Below, piece after piece: positions 48,126-57,337 of a DNA stretch of 64,000 nt; position 1 is the first letter of the stretch, and every line of letters begins with the position of its first letter. Made by a program: the position numbers and the translations under genes. The DNA comes from a virus, in the IMG/VR virus record IMGVR_UViG_3300012953_000001, positions 64,001-128,000 of that record. One strand, given 5' to 3'. The notes beneath the pieces were generated by a model that was not told where the DNA came from, did no database searches, and worked only from the letters and a program-made list of their open reading frames with translations.

Positions 48126-48818
48126 TTAGTCTAATGCTTTACCGATGCCATACGCGGTACCACCACCGATGAGACCTTGTCCCATTGGGCTTTTAGCACC
48201 TCGCCAAGCGGCCTTACCAGTTGCTTTTGCACCACGACCAGCAGCCTGCGCTCCCAAAGTACCGTAGTACTTGCCTTGGAATCCTCGCCACTTAGCCTGA
48301 TCGCCTACGGCCTTACCAGCACGCTGCAAAGCTCCACCGGCCTGACGCATCTTAGCCTTAGTAGCGCTAGCGCCTGCTTGACCCATTGCTTTGGTCTTAG
48401 CAGCACCAGCCTGTGCGCCACCCTTAGTTGCCTGCCAAGCCTTACTGACTCTAGCTGCACCAGCCTGCCCTGCGGAACGAGCCTTCAAGGCAGCAGCGAG
48501 ACCAGCTTTACGAGTCGCAGCTAAACCTGCAACAGCCTTTGCTCGGCCTGCGGCCATGGCTTTTCCACCAGCAGCCATGCCTCGTTGAGCCAGTGCGCTG
48601 GTGCCTCTTCCAAGACCCTTCCAAGCAGCAAGCTCGGCTCTACCGGCGCGTCCTGCACCGCTAGCAATAGCTTTACCAGCACGGCCAGCGAGTGCACCTG
48701 CACCACGAGCACCACGGCCAAGAGCCATAAGACCCGCAAGCGAAGCCTGCTTGTCCATGCCATGCGACGACTGCCGCAGGACTAATTCAAGATTGTGTTT
48801 ACGATTTGGTTCTAACAT
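48126..48818 (-). CDS. Ala/Gly/Lys/Arg-rich KxA-motif protein
   Basis: MDKQA, then low-complexity GKA/AGR repeats; C-terminal GLIGGGTAYGIG. Confidence 0.6.
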   Translation of the reverse strand: MLEPNRKHNLELVLRQSSHGMDKQASLAGLMALGRGARGAGALAGRAGKAIASGAGRAGRAELAAWKGLGRGTSALAQRGMAAGGKAMAAGRAKAVAGLAATRKAGLAAALKARSAGQAGAARVSKAWQATKGGAQAGAAKTKAMGQAGASATKAKMRQAGGALQRAGKAVGDQAKWRGFQGKYYGTLGAQAAGRGAKATGKAAWRGAKSPMGQGLIGGGTAYGIGKALD

Positions 48819-48847
48819 TGTTTCTAACCCCTTTTGGTTAATATAGA

Positions 48848-49186
48848 TTATTTGTTGGAGAGAAGTGCTCCTAAACCAGCAGCGCCAGCCGCCACACCGC
48901 CCCCAACCATGAGGGGCTTTTTGTGCTTCTTAAGCACGGAAGTCAATTTTGACTTAGGTAGCAGTCCTTTAGCTGCTGATCGAGATTTTAGCACCTTTGC
49001 TAATAAAGCGGCACCACCCACACCAGCGGCAGCACCTCCGATAATCTTCTTATGCTTTTTTAAGACCTCCAACAAGGACTTAAGCCTTGCGGATTTTGCG
49101 CCTTCCGAAGCGACTGTCTTCAGGGCGCTGCTTTTAGCGGCTAATTTAACCCGCAAAAGCTCTTTAGTATTACTGTTCATACACAT
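48848..49186 (-). CDS. Small basic protein with a duplicated VLKKHKK-Gly-zipper unit
   Basis: VLKKHKKIIGGAAAGVGGAALL and VLKKHKKPLMVGGGVAAGAAGLGALL; N-terminal RVKLAA; GGGAG RBS. Confidence 0.65.
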   Translation of the reverse strand: MCMNSNTKELLRVKLAAKSSALKTVASEGAKSARLKSLLEVLKKHKKIIGGAAAGVGGAALLAKVLKSRSAAKGLLPKSKLTSVLKKHKKPLMVGGGVAAGAAGLGALLSNK

Positions 49187-49247
49187 ACTCCCTTATCTAG
49201 TCACTACGGCCTGTATTATGCAACAATATGTCATGACAACATAGACC

Positions 49248-49484
49248 TTACCTTGATGCAGCAACAATCTTTTTCAATGAGATTCCTTTGGTGACCAACA
49301 ATACTCTCTTGTTAGCACCTACTCCGAAAGTCTCCTCTACCACATCATCGTTATTCCCCAAACTGATTGTATCCGAAGATACCTCATCTGTAGAACCATG
49401 GCTAATAGGCATTTTCGTCGGTTTCATAGCTTTGGCTAAGAGGTCAACTTTCTCATTATCATCGGTAATACTGTTATCTTCCAT
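49248..49484 (-). CDS. Hypothetical protein
   Basis: 78-aa co-oriented ORF filling the gap downstream of the hub gene. Confidence 0.5.
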   Translation of the reverse strand: MEDNSITDDNEKVDLLAKAMKPTKMPISHGSTDEVSSDTISLGNNDDVVEETFGVGANKRVLLVTKGISLKKIVAASR

Positions 49485-49495
49485 GTTGTGTAGCC

Positions 49496-52400
49496 TTACT
49501 CAGAGGATTTAGGGGGTTTGTGATCATACCCTTTTAGTTCTGCTCGCTTCTTTTCGCCAGCATCGTCGTCCATTTCTTCAACCAGACTGCCCCCGACATC
49601 TCGGAACCCTTGTTTTCTTAACCCAGCCAAGTACTTTCGCACACGATTATAGCGGTGCCACCTGGGGTCTATATCTTTATCGAGATCTCTAGGGTTCATT
49701 GGGTCCTTTGCCAGTACCGGCAAAATCGTTGGGACAATCTCTTTTCCTTCCCAATCATTCATCTGCGTATAAGGGCCAAACGCATCTCCATGGAAGCCCC
49801 GAGTAGGTATTCCTTGGCGATAATCGTCGTCCACAAACGCCTGTTGGTCGTATACTTTAGGGGCGAAGCCTGGGTTCATATTACCCATGACTTCTACCAT
49901 GTTAGCGTATTTTCTATCAATATAACCATCGATGAATAAATCAGTCGCTGCCCCTATCTCTTTTAGGGCTAACCATGTATCCGCAAGCTGGTCCGCAGCA
50001 GCCTCAGTTGTTTTCGCTGCTTGGGTAAGGTCTTCGGGGATGCGTAACTCAGTGTACTCAACCCCGCCGCCTCTATCGATTCCTGAGTCGGGCATCTTGA
50101 AAGGAACGGAAACAGTGGCGATACCACTCTCATTGCCACTAATCTCCGCGCCAGTGGTTACGCTGCGGGTAACAGGCTTTGGTTTATCTGCCCCAGGCCG
50201 GAACATGATCGGTGGGTTGTCCAGCACAGACTCGCACCCATACATGGGCATGTAGTACTTGGTACCGATGCTGCCTGGATGATAGATCGGAGAAAGCCAG
50301 GGTGGCATAAGGGTTGATTCAAAAGTAAAGCTAACCTTGCCTACAGCGGGATAGGATACATACCGATAAACATCGACCTCAACGGCATTGTAGCCAGACC
50401 CGTCTATGGCTGAAGCGTTTGGTTTTCCGTCAGCGCCAAGCAGTACGCGTGTTCCAGCGTTGTCATCCCCTTGGGGGGCTTTATTCGAGAAGTTATAATT
50501 ACTGCCTGTTTTACGGGCTTTAATTAGATATCGTCGGCCCTTCTTATACTCATTAGGACCTAAGACACGATTTGCTGCATCAGGCGATGATTGAATAACC
50601 ACGCCCCCGGGAACATCTGGATTAGTATTAGTAATAAAAGCCGTGTGTGGTTTACCGTCTTTAGGCGTAACTGGCTTTTTACCATGCCGCGTGTAGGATC
50701 TCTCAGTAGTGATCTTGCCATCCTTGGTGTCACCAAATAATCCTGCGTCTTCCCTGTGCCCACGGACTTTTATCAATTGAATAAGTGTCTGTGCGCCACC
50801 AGAGACATCGATTGTATGAACGATCTCTGCGATCTGTCCGACGTAGTGCGTTCCTTTAGGTGGGGCAGAGAGATTAACCGTATCTTTGCCTCTGATCTTA
50901 TCCTTGTTGTCTCCCTCGCCACCAACCGCATGAAGAATTCGACTGTCTTGCCTAACTGGATCTAACACAAGGCATGGCATCCCAGGGACAAGCTGTGGTG
51001 AATACCTAGCTGTGATCGCCATAGTCCTTGTGCCGTATCTCTGGGCAAAGAACATGTAGTTCGCCGCTCTTTGTAGATGCGGTTGTGGTGAGAACTTTGC
51101 CTCCCCTGATACAGACCCTTTGTCAAAGCCCTGCAAAGACCCCTTCTCTTCTTTCCACTTCTTCTTGGCCTCTTTCATTTCCTTCTTATGCATCTTCTTG
51201 AAAACGTCTCCGTCCCCAAGACCCATGATGCTAGGAATGATGCCCGTGTACTTCTCGTGCTTCATAACGAAGCCGCCGCCTTTTTTAACGGCCTGTGCGC
51301 AGTCTGTTACTGTAGGGCCTGCCAACATTTCCGCATTAGGTGAAAAGTAGCAATCCTTCTTGTTTCTTCCGCTCGAAGTCTTTCCATGAAGCCATAGTCG
51401 AGTAATCTCACTCATCCAATTTCGACTAAAGCGAATTGCCTGGATGTGGTCTGGAAACAAGACATTGCACCTTGGCGGGGGGCACATGTACACGTCCGGG
51501 TGGAAATAGGTAGTGTAGAGTCTGTCTCTAAGCTTTACCTGCTCTCGCTTAGGCACAACAGTTCTACCAGTAGCGGACCCAATGCCTTTCAAGTAGCACT
51601 CAAGCTTACGACGTATGTAAAAAAGGTTGTCCGAGTCGTGCTTGAGCTTGGCCATATTCTTATTTACTGCCGCGTAGTCATTTCCATGCGCGGCCTGCGC
51701 TCCCAAAAGTTGGGAGGCACGTATCCTAGCTTCCGCTAGACATTTATAGGCTTGCTGAATTCTATCCCCACGCTTTCTTAGCGTCTTGTCTCCTGTAGTG
51801 GCAGCTTTTTCATTTAGCTCCACTTTGATGGCCTGCCCCTTCAGGAAGTAAGGGTCTTTGGTAATGTCTGTAATGTCTGTTCGATCAGTTCCGCTAAGAC
51901 CACCTGGGTTAGACATGATGCCTGTGCCTGTATTGGTCTCATCAAACTCTTTGTGCTTGTCAGATCTTAGTTTCCCATCTTCCGCACGTTTGTACGTGTC
52001 GTTGGCGATCTGAGAGGACTCCCCAGGCTTTCGGTCGATTGTTCGACGATCCTTAAGAGCGTCTGATGTCTGCTTATTTCCTAGAGAGTACGTCTTTTTA
52101 GCGGCCTTCTCGTCAGCACTTAGCTTCCCGTTGTGCGTAAACTTCGCCTTGCCGCTCAGAACATATTCCGTGGTAATTACCGCAGAGTCAGAAAAGTAAG
52201 GGGGTGCAAGCTGTGAGTGCCATGTGTGGTAAATCTTACCGCATAGCATGTTTATGAACTGCATAAAGGTCGCAGTGTACTTCACCTGCTTGGATACTTT
52301 TCTCAAGTAACGCTTAAACGACTTACTGTTCGTAAACGTAGCGGAAGTATCGTCGTCTGTTGACGCCCCAATCTGCCTAGTCAGTTTTAGACGTATCTCT

Positions 52401-53101
52401 GCCTGACTAAGAAAGTCATTACACCCATGAAACTTCTTTTTAGCATCAGGAGAGTAACAACCGGTCGCTGCCTCAAGTACGGAAAAGATACCACCCATTA
52501 ACCCTGGGACATTGGGCATCGCTGAGGGCTTTGCCTGTAGTAATTTAATCAGGTCCCCAGAGCTATCAACCTTACTCTTTCCTCTGTAAAGCTGAGTCGC
52601 GCCCGAGAACACTGCTGTCTTATAGGAGTTGAACACGCTGGAACGCTTCTTACCCCAGTAGACTCGACAGTTGTCCCAGTAGGATGTGTGGTCTTGGCAT
52701 GCCAGTATGATGTCGCGTCGGCCACCTATCTTTGAAAAAGAGTAGCCCATGACTTCACCGACAAATAGCAACTTCCAGTTGTGCCAGTTGTCCTTATCTC
52801 GCAACAGGGTGGCGACACCCTTTTCCTTCGCCTTAGCGAGGTCTTCACCAGACTCTTGCCAATTAGTTTTTGTGGCATCTTTGCCTCGATAAGTACCAAG
52901 CTCCCAGCGAGAATCGAAGTAGAACACATGCACAAGCGTTCTTGGGAGTAAACTATGTACCTCATCACAGCTAGGAATAGTAATCGTAGCTGTGGCAGGC
53001 TGATTCACCCCACACGAGAGCTTCAAAGAGGTAACATCTACCTCAATACCCTCCATAAACAAGCGGACATCTAGCCGCCTTGCGTGTGTAGTTGACTCCA
53101 T
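49496..53101 (-). CDS. Baseplate hub protein (gp27/Mu gp44-like) with long insertions
   Basis: VRLFMEGIEV...PATATITIP...LLPRTLVHVF...LFVGEVMG...LACQD and PQLVPGMPCLV are hub-type beta motifs; 1201 aa. Confidence 0.65.
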   Translation of the reverse strand: MESTTHARRLDVRLFMEGIEVDVTSLKLSCGVNQPATATITIPSCDEVHSLLPRTLVHVFYFDSRWELGTYRGKDATKTNWQESGEDLAKAKEKGVATLLRDKDNWHNWKLLFVGEVMGYSFSKIGGRRDIILACQDHTSYWDNCRVYWGKKRSSVFNSYKTAVFSGATQLYRGKSKVDSSGDLIKLLQAKPSAMPNVPGLMGGIFSVLEAATGCYSPDAKKKFHGCNDFLSQAEIRLKLTRQIGASTDDDTSATFTNSKSFKRYLRKVSKQVKYTATFMQFINMLCGKIYHTWHSQLAPPYFSDSAVITTEYVLSGKAKFTHNGKLSADEKAAKKTYSLGNKQTSDALKDRRTIDRKPGESSQIANDTYKRAEDGKLRSDKHKEFDETNTGTGIMSNPGGLSGTDRTDITDITKDPYFLKGQAIKVELNEKAATTGDKTLRKRGDRIQQAYKCLAEARIRASQLLGAQAAHGNDYAAVNKNMAKLKHDSDNLFYIRRKLECYLKGIGSATGRTVVPKREQVKLRDRLYTTYFHPDVYMCPPPRCNVLFPDHIQAIRFSRNWMSEITRLWLHGKTSSGRNKKDCYFSPNAEMLAGPTVTDCAQAVKKGGGFVMKHEKYTGIIPSIMGLGDGDVFKKMHKKEMKEAKKKWKEEKGSLQGFDKGSVSGEAKFSPQPHLQRAANYMFFAQRYGTRTMAITARYSPQLVPGMPCLVLDPVRQDSRILHAVGGEGDNKDKIRGKDTVNLSAPPKGTHYVGQIAEIVHTIDVSGGAQTLIQLIKVRGHREDAGLFGDTKDGKITTERSYTRHGKKPVTPKDGKPHTAFITNTNPDVPGGVVIQSSPDAANRVLGPNEYKKGRRYLIKARKTGSNYNFSNKAPQGDDNAGTRVLLGADGKPNASAIDGSGYNAVEVDVYRYVSYPAVGKVSFTFESTLMPPWLSPIYHPGSIGTKYYMPMYGCESVLDNPPIMFRPGADKPKPVTRSVTTGAEISGNESGIATVSVPFKMPDSGIDRGGGVEYTELRIPEDLTQAAKTTEAAADQLADTWLALKEIGAATDLFIDGYIDRKYANMVEVMGNMNPGFAPKVYDQQAFVDDDYRQGIPTRGFHGDAFGPYTQMNDWEGKEIVPTILPVLAKDPMNPRDLDKDIDPRWHRYNRVRKYLAGLRKQGFRDVGGSLVEEMDDDAGEKKRAELKGYDHKPPKSSE

Positions 53102-53505
53102 TAATCTGTCGGGCCTTGTTGAGCGTGGTCAAAAGTCGGTGCTTTACCGCGTAGTCTAGTAGGTACTCGCTTCTCTCTATGGCCTTTCGGCTCCTCTGGA
53201 AGCTTTGGTGGTTCGGCCATCGTTGGTTGATGGACTCCCATGTCGCTCAAAAGGTACTTTAGGGTCACCTGCTGTAAGCTAAGAGTGTGCTCTAGGTTAT
53301 CCATCCTCTTAGCATTATCATCAACATCCTCACTAATTTTATCTAGTGTGTCCGCCAGAGCCCGGTAGCTCCGCTTGTTCATCTGTTTGCTTTCGACGAC
53401 AGCGCCATGATTTACGGAGTACCTATTTATCAAAGACGTACCTAAACCGGATAGCCCGGTAATAAGTGCTACGATTACTGCTGATGTTGTTCTATCGATC
53501 TTCAT
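53101..53505 (-). CDS. Single-TM plus coiled-coil membrane protein (holin/spanin-like candidate)
   Basis: Start likely ATG 53505 (GAGGGT upstream); SAVIVALITGLSGLGTSLI TM helix followed by a heptad region. Confidence 0.5.
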   Translation of the reverse strand: MKIDRTTSAVIVALITGLSGLGTSLINRYSVNHGAVVESKQMNKRSYRALADTLDKISEDVDDNAKRMDNLEHTLSLQQVTLKYLLSDMGVHQPTMAEPPKLPEEPKGHREKRVPTRLRGKAPTFDHAQQGPTD

Positions 53506-53518
53506 TATACCCTCTCCC

Positions 53519-55381
53519 CTAGAAGTCCGTAATCGGACTACTGCCAGCATCAAAGCTGCCAGCCTCGTATTGTCCCCAGGTATTATTTGAATCTGTTACG
53601 AATGAGGAGCCGGTTTGAGCGCCAGTAGCAGCGTCGTACCCACTAGTTGCGCCAAGTCCAAGTACCTGCGTGGTGCCTAGCCCCTCGTTCCCATACTGGA
53701 TTACATCTTCTAGTGGCTTCATCTGCACAAGAGTCGCTGCTCCAGGCACAGCCTTGCTATATGCGGTCTCTCTTGTATCGTCACCGAGTCTGCCTGCACC
53801 TATAGAAAAGGCCATCGCGCCAAGCATTCTATCGATACTTCCAGACATGAAAGCTTCGCTCATGTTCTCCCCAAAGCCAGCAGGGGCACCAATCCAGTTT
53901 GGGTTGTTCTGCGTAGACCCTGGTCCGCCAGAACCCTGAGTCCCCCCGCCCATGGCCTGCATCTCTGCTGGTGATCTTTGCCCTGGCGCGTATCCTGAGG
54001 TATCTGTACCGGCACGACTTTTGACAGATATCCGGTCAACTACATTAGCGATAAATCCGAACCAAGCGTTGATCTCTCCACGCTGGACGCCCATGCCTTT
54101 CTCCGCTTCACCAATTCCAGCCTTGGCCCAAAACTTGAGACTATTATAGGCAAATTGGCGACCCCAATTAGTTAAAAACTGGTTGCCGATAGAGTCGCTC
54201 ACAGCATAACTAAGCAACCCTTTGCCCATACCGTCGATAAGGTCTGATAAAGCCGCCCCTGTAAACCTAGAAAAGGCTTGGGCTGTTTCACTGTCGCCTG
54301 CCCACGCACTCATTGCTCTATTAACAGCACCACCAGCCTGGGTTGCTCCGTAAGGACCAATGTACTCCAGTCCATGATTACTTCTAAAGAACTGCGCCAA
54401 GTCATCCGTCTTACCTGCTGACCCTGGTCCGCCAGTGTACCCGCCACGAATTCTGGAAATACGCGCTCTCTGCTGAGCCATGAAGCCTGATTGGGCGGAA
54501 GTGTTGATGTAGTTAGTCACATAGAACGTAAACTGGAAGGTCATGGCGTTCGGACTATCAGCGGTCTCAGCCGCTGCTGCGTTGATTGGGTATCCCTCAA
54601 CAACAATATCTTCCCAGCCAATGTACATTCTAGCGCCTAGCTCAATGAGCTTCGTGGCGCGAAAATATCGATCCCAGTTCTCCCAAAAAACTGCTCGCCA
54701 GTTGTAATCCAAGCTGTTCAACAGCAAACCTTGGAATTGCAAAGCTCTAGGTCTTTCACCAAAAGCATACAAGTAGGTATCGCCAAAGGTCTCTACTACC
54801 TGGGTTCTTTCCATGCGCTGCTCTCGGACTGATTGCAAAATCCAGTCTGTCCAGGCAGCTTTATTAGGAGGGTTTTTGGGTTGATCTGGTTTATCTTCTT
54901 TTGGGGGTGTGGAACCAAAGCTTAGGTTAGGCACGGGGATATCTGGGATTGCTATCCCGGTAGCAGGCCCTTTTAAGTATGTACCACCGCCAGCACCAGT
55001 CACAACGTCTTCTAGCTTTTGTTGTGTGTACTTCTCATCCTTGTCTCCGTACTTCCCGCTTCCATACTGCCCTGACAGGGATAGCTGCTCTTCTGACTTG
55101 CCTAATCCCACCCCTAACTGATTGAAAAGATAGACCGGGGTGCCGTTCTCTCTAAGTACTTGTACAAATGCATGTGTGTTGGGCTTAACTGACATCCCAT
55201 TAACGGGCCTACTTACTGTAGCAATATCGTTAAGGTCCCAACCACGGGCAGTAGCTGCTTCTGCTTGGGCTTTTAATGTGTCTTTACTAGACTGCCCATA
55301 CTGAGGGATGTACGCAGACACCGTATTGGCAGTCCCAATAAACGCGTCGGGTTCAATTAAAACTAACGGTGTCTTCGACAT
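53519..55381 (-). CDS. Tail tube initiator / distal-tail-like baseplate protein
   Basis: Core WILQSVREQRMERTQVVETFGDTYLYAFGERPR...NWRAVFWENWDRYFRAT...IVVEGYPIN resembles tube-initiator folds; adjacent to the hub gene. Confidence 0.5.
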   Translation of the reverse strand: MSKTPLVLIEPDAFIGTANTVSAYIPQYGQSSKDTLKAQAEAATARGWDLNDIATVSRPVNGMSVKPNTHAFVQVLRENGTPVYLFNQLGVGLGKSEEQLSLSGQYGSGKYGDKDEKYTQQKLEDVVTGAGGGTYLKGPATGIAIPDIPVPNLSFGSTPPKEDKPDQPKNPPNKAAWTDWILQSVREQRMERTQVVETFGDTYLYAFGERPRALQFQGLLLNSLDYNWRAVFWENWDRYFRATKLIELGARMYIGWEDIVVEGYPINAAAAETADSPNAMTFQFTFYVTNYINTSAQSGFMAQQRARISRIRGGYTGGPGSAGKTDDLAQFFRSNHGLEYIGPYGATQAGGAVNRAMSAWAGDSETAQAFSRFTGAALSDLIDGMGKGLLSYAVSDSIGNQFLTNWGRQFAYNSLKFWAKAGIGEAEKGMGVQRGEINAWFGFIANVVDRISVKSRAGTDTSGYAPGQRSPAEMQAMGGGTQGSGGPGSTQNNPNWIGAPAGFGENMSEAFMSGSIDRMLGAMAFSIGAGRLGDDTRETAYSKAVPGAATLVQMKPLEDVIQYGNEGLGTTQVLGLGATSGYDAATGAQTGSSFVTDSNNTWGQYEAGSFDAGSSPITDF

Positions 55382-55384
55382 TAT

Positions 55385-55597
55385 TTACTCCTCAGAAGTA
55401 AGCTGCATCGCCCTAAAAGCAGACCCACCTAACGATGGTCCGTCTTTGCCAAACGTATCACTGGTAATATTATCAACCGGCTCTACGGCTTGGGATACTT
55501 CCTCAGGAATATATTGTTGGTTGCGTTGGATCCCTACGCCGCCCTGAATATTTTCCATCTCATCTCGCATAGCGATGAGAGTTTTTAGATCAAGCAT
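55385..55597 (-). CDS. Small protein with a degenerate leader (MRDEMENI)
   Basis: The N-terminus parallels MRDELEKIA of 58016-58810. Confidence 0.5.
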   Translation of the reverse strand: MLDLKTLIAMRDEMENIQGGVGIQRNQQYIPEEVSQAVEPVDNITSDTFGKDGPSLGGSAFRAMQLTSEE

Positions 55598-55710
55598 ATC
55601 AGTTTCCGACTGTTACAAGCACAAGCATGATTGCGGCGTGTACTGAATAAGACATAAAAAGGAACTTATAGAACAGCACATCGTCTGAGCGTCTTCGGTT
55701 CATAATAAAG

Positions 55711-57132
55711 TCATGTTTTGAGACCATACCTATCTCCTGCATCATAATTATCGGGCACAGCGATACCGACCTCTTTCATCCTCGATTCAATCGCAGACGT
55801 AGCGGTCGAGCGCCCTTTGTTAAAGTGCTCATTCTCATGAGCGTACGCTAAAAGTTCATCAAGCTCTCCCCTGCCTAGTGCTTCTGTTAGCTCAGAAACA
55901 GTGGAGCCTGCTAACTCAGTCAACTTGATTCGCTGTTCGGTCGAAGGGGTCGTAACCTCTTCCGGGGCTACCTTATTAAGAGAGCCGCCCAAACGCGAAA
56001 AATTTCGAAGTAACGCTTTTTGAGCCGAAGCAGCCGTTGAAGCAAGGTCTGCGAGTTTCTCAGCTGTGGTCGTTTCTTCTTCAGACGCAGAAGACCTAAT
56101 AGCCTCAAGATCCGCTGCTCTCTTGGCACGAGCCTCCTCAGCCTGGGCAACGTATGAGGCATTGTATGCCTCAGCGAACTTTGCTGACGCGACTTCAACC
56201 GTATCGGAACTATCCCAATCATCTCCTACCGCTGCGGCCATAAGGGCCACGCGACCAGCGGGAAGCGCCTCAGCTACCGTACTAACAGTAGTGGTGCGTT
56301 CTTCCGCTTCCGATGGCAGAGTTATCTCCCTAGGTTGGAATCCAAAAGGTGGTATGGGGGTGTTTATAATACCCTCCGCACCAAAGGACCTAAGAGTCTT
56401 TCCTGTGGAAGCTGGTTTGGCGAACCGATCACTACCGCCCGGAGTTGCCATCCTCTCAATCCTAGCAGGAGGCTCAAACCCAGCAGCGGAAAAAGCGGCA
56501 CCGCGCCTTTTGGTACTGAGATCCAAGAAGTCCTGGTACTGCGACCAGTTGATTCCTAATCTGCTTTCGATGTTCTCCGCCGTAAGAGACCCTTTGTCTA
56601 AAGCCTTAGCCATCCCAGTGGTCTCTGGGCCAAAGCCTTGAGAAGCAAGGTGCGCTTGTACCTCAGGGATAAGTTGTAGGGCAGGCGCTCTACCAAAGAC
56701 TAAAAACCTGTACCCGTTGGCATCAAGCTCTCCTGCATCACGCATAGTTGCGGCAACCACCGCAGTCATCTCGCGGCCACCAAGAGCTTCCCGCGCATCA
56801 TCGACACCGCTGTAAGTGTCCGGGTCATTTAGTACTGCTAATGCAGTTATGCGCTCAGCCTGGAATCCGGTCTCCAGCTTTGCGGCAAGGCCTTCATCAG
56901 ACTCAGATAACGTCAGTATCGTAGATACAATGCTGGACTCAAGCTCTAAACCAGAGACTTCATAGGCCGATGCAATAGCTGCTGCGTTCGGTGATGTGGA
57001 CTCCGAGATAAGCGACGTGAACACCTCAGAGGCGTAAGTCAACCTCGATTCCGTCGTCAAGGTGTCACCCACTGCCGTAGCCACGGAAACTAAATTCGCA
57101 GCACTGGATACTGCACCTTCATCAATCGCCAT
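55711..57132 (-). CDS. Acidic Ala-rich hypothetical protein, probably virion-associated
   Basis: 473 aa, GGAG RBS; C-terminal LDELLAYAHENEHFNKGRSTATSAIESR motif. Confidence 0.55.
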   Translation of the reverse strand: MAIDEGAVSSAANLVSVATAVGDTLTTESRLTYASEVFTSLISESTSPNAAAIASAYEVSGLELESSIVSTILTLSESDEGLAAKLETGFQAERITALAVLNDPDTYSGVDDAREALGGREMTAVVAATMRDAGELDANGYRFLVFGRAPALQLIPEVQAHLASQGFGPETTGMAKALDKGSLTAENIESRLGINWSQYQDFLDLSTKRRGAAFSAAGFEPPARIERMATPGGSDRFAKPASTGKTLRSFGAEGIINTPIPPFGFQPREITLPSEAEERTTTVSTVAEALPAGRVALMAAAVGDDWDSSDTVEVASAKFAEAYNASYVAQAEEARAKRAADLEAIRSSASEEETTTAEKLADLASTAASAQKALLRNFSRLGGSLNKVAPEEVTTPSTEQRIKLTELAGSTVSELTEALGRGELDELLAYAHENEHFNKGRSTATSAIESRMKEVGIAVPDNYDAGDRYGLKT

Positions 57133-57153
57133 CTCTTTGTCCTCCGATAGTTA

Positions 57154-57336
57154 CTAAGCGTTACGCTCTTCCTGAACCTGCTTACGCAACTCTTTGCACT
57201 TAGTCGCAACCGTTTGTAGGACTTTTCGCACTCTTCCGCCAGCAGCATTGTTACCGTCTCCATGCTTGTTGGCATCAACAAGGGATTCGGCTAATACATG
57301 AATCATGTCTTCCATCTGTTTTTCTACGCTCTTCAT
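57154..57336 (-). CDS. Histone H1-like (Hc1-family) small DNA-binding protein
   Basis: DANKHGDGNNAAGGRVRKVLQ...KELRKQVQE matches the Hc1 core GNKAAxxRxR; AGGAG RBS. Confidence 0.75.
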   Translation of the reverse strand: MKSVEKQMEDMIHVLAESLVDANKHGDGNNAAGGRVRKVLQTVATKCKELRKQVQEERNA

Positions 57337-57337
57337 A

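Noticed and set aside
55598-55710. Terminator or sigma-70 promoter in the intergenic gap
   Set aside because: Only weak, interrupted stems are present, and no correctly spaced -35/-10 pair was found by eye.
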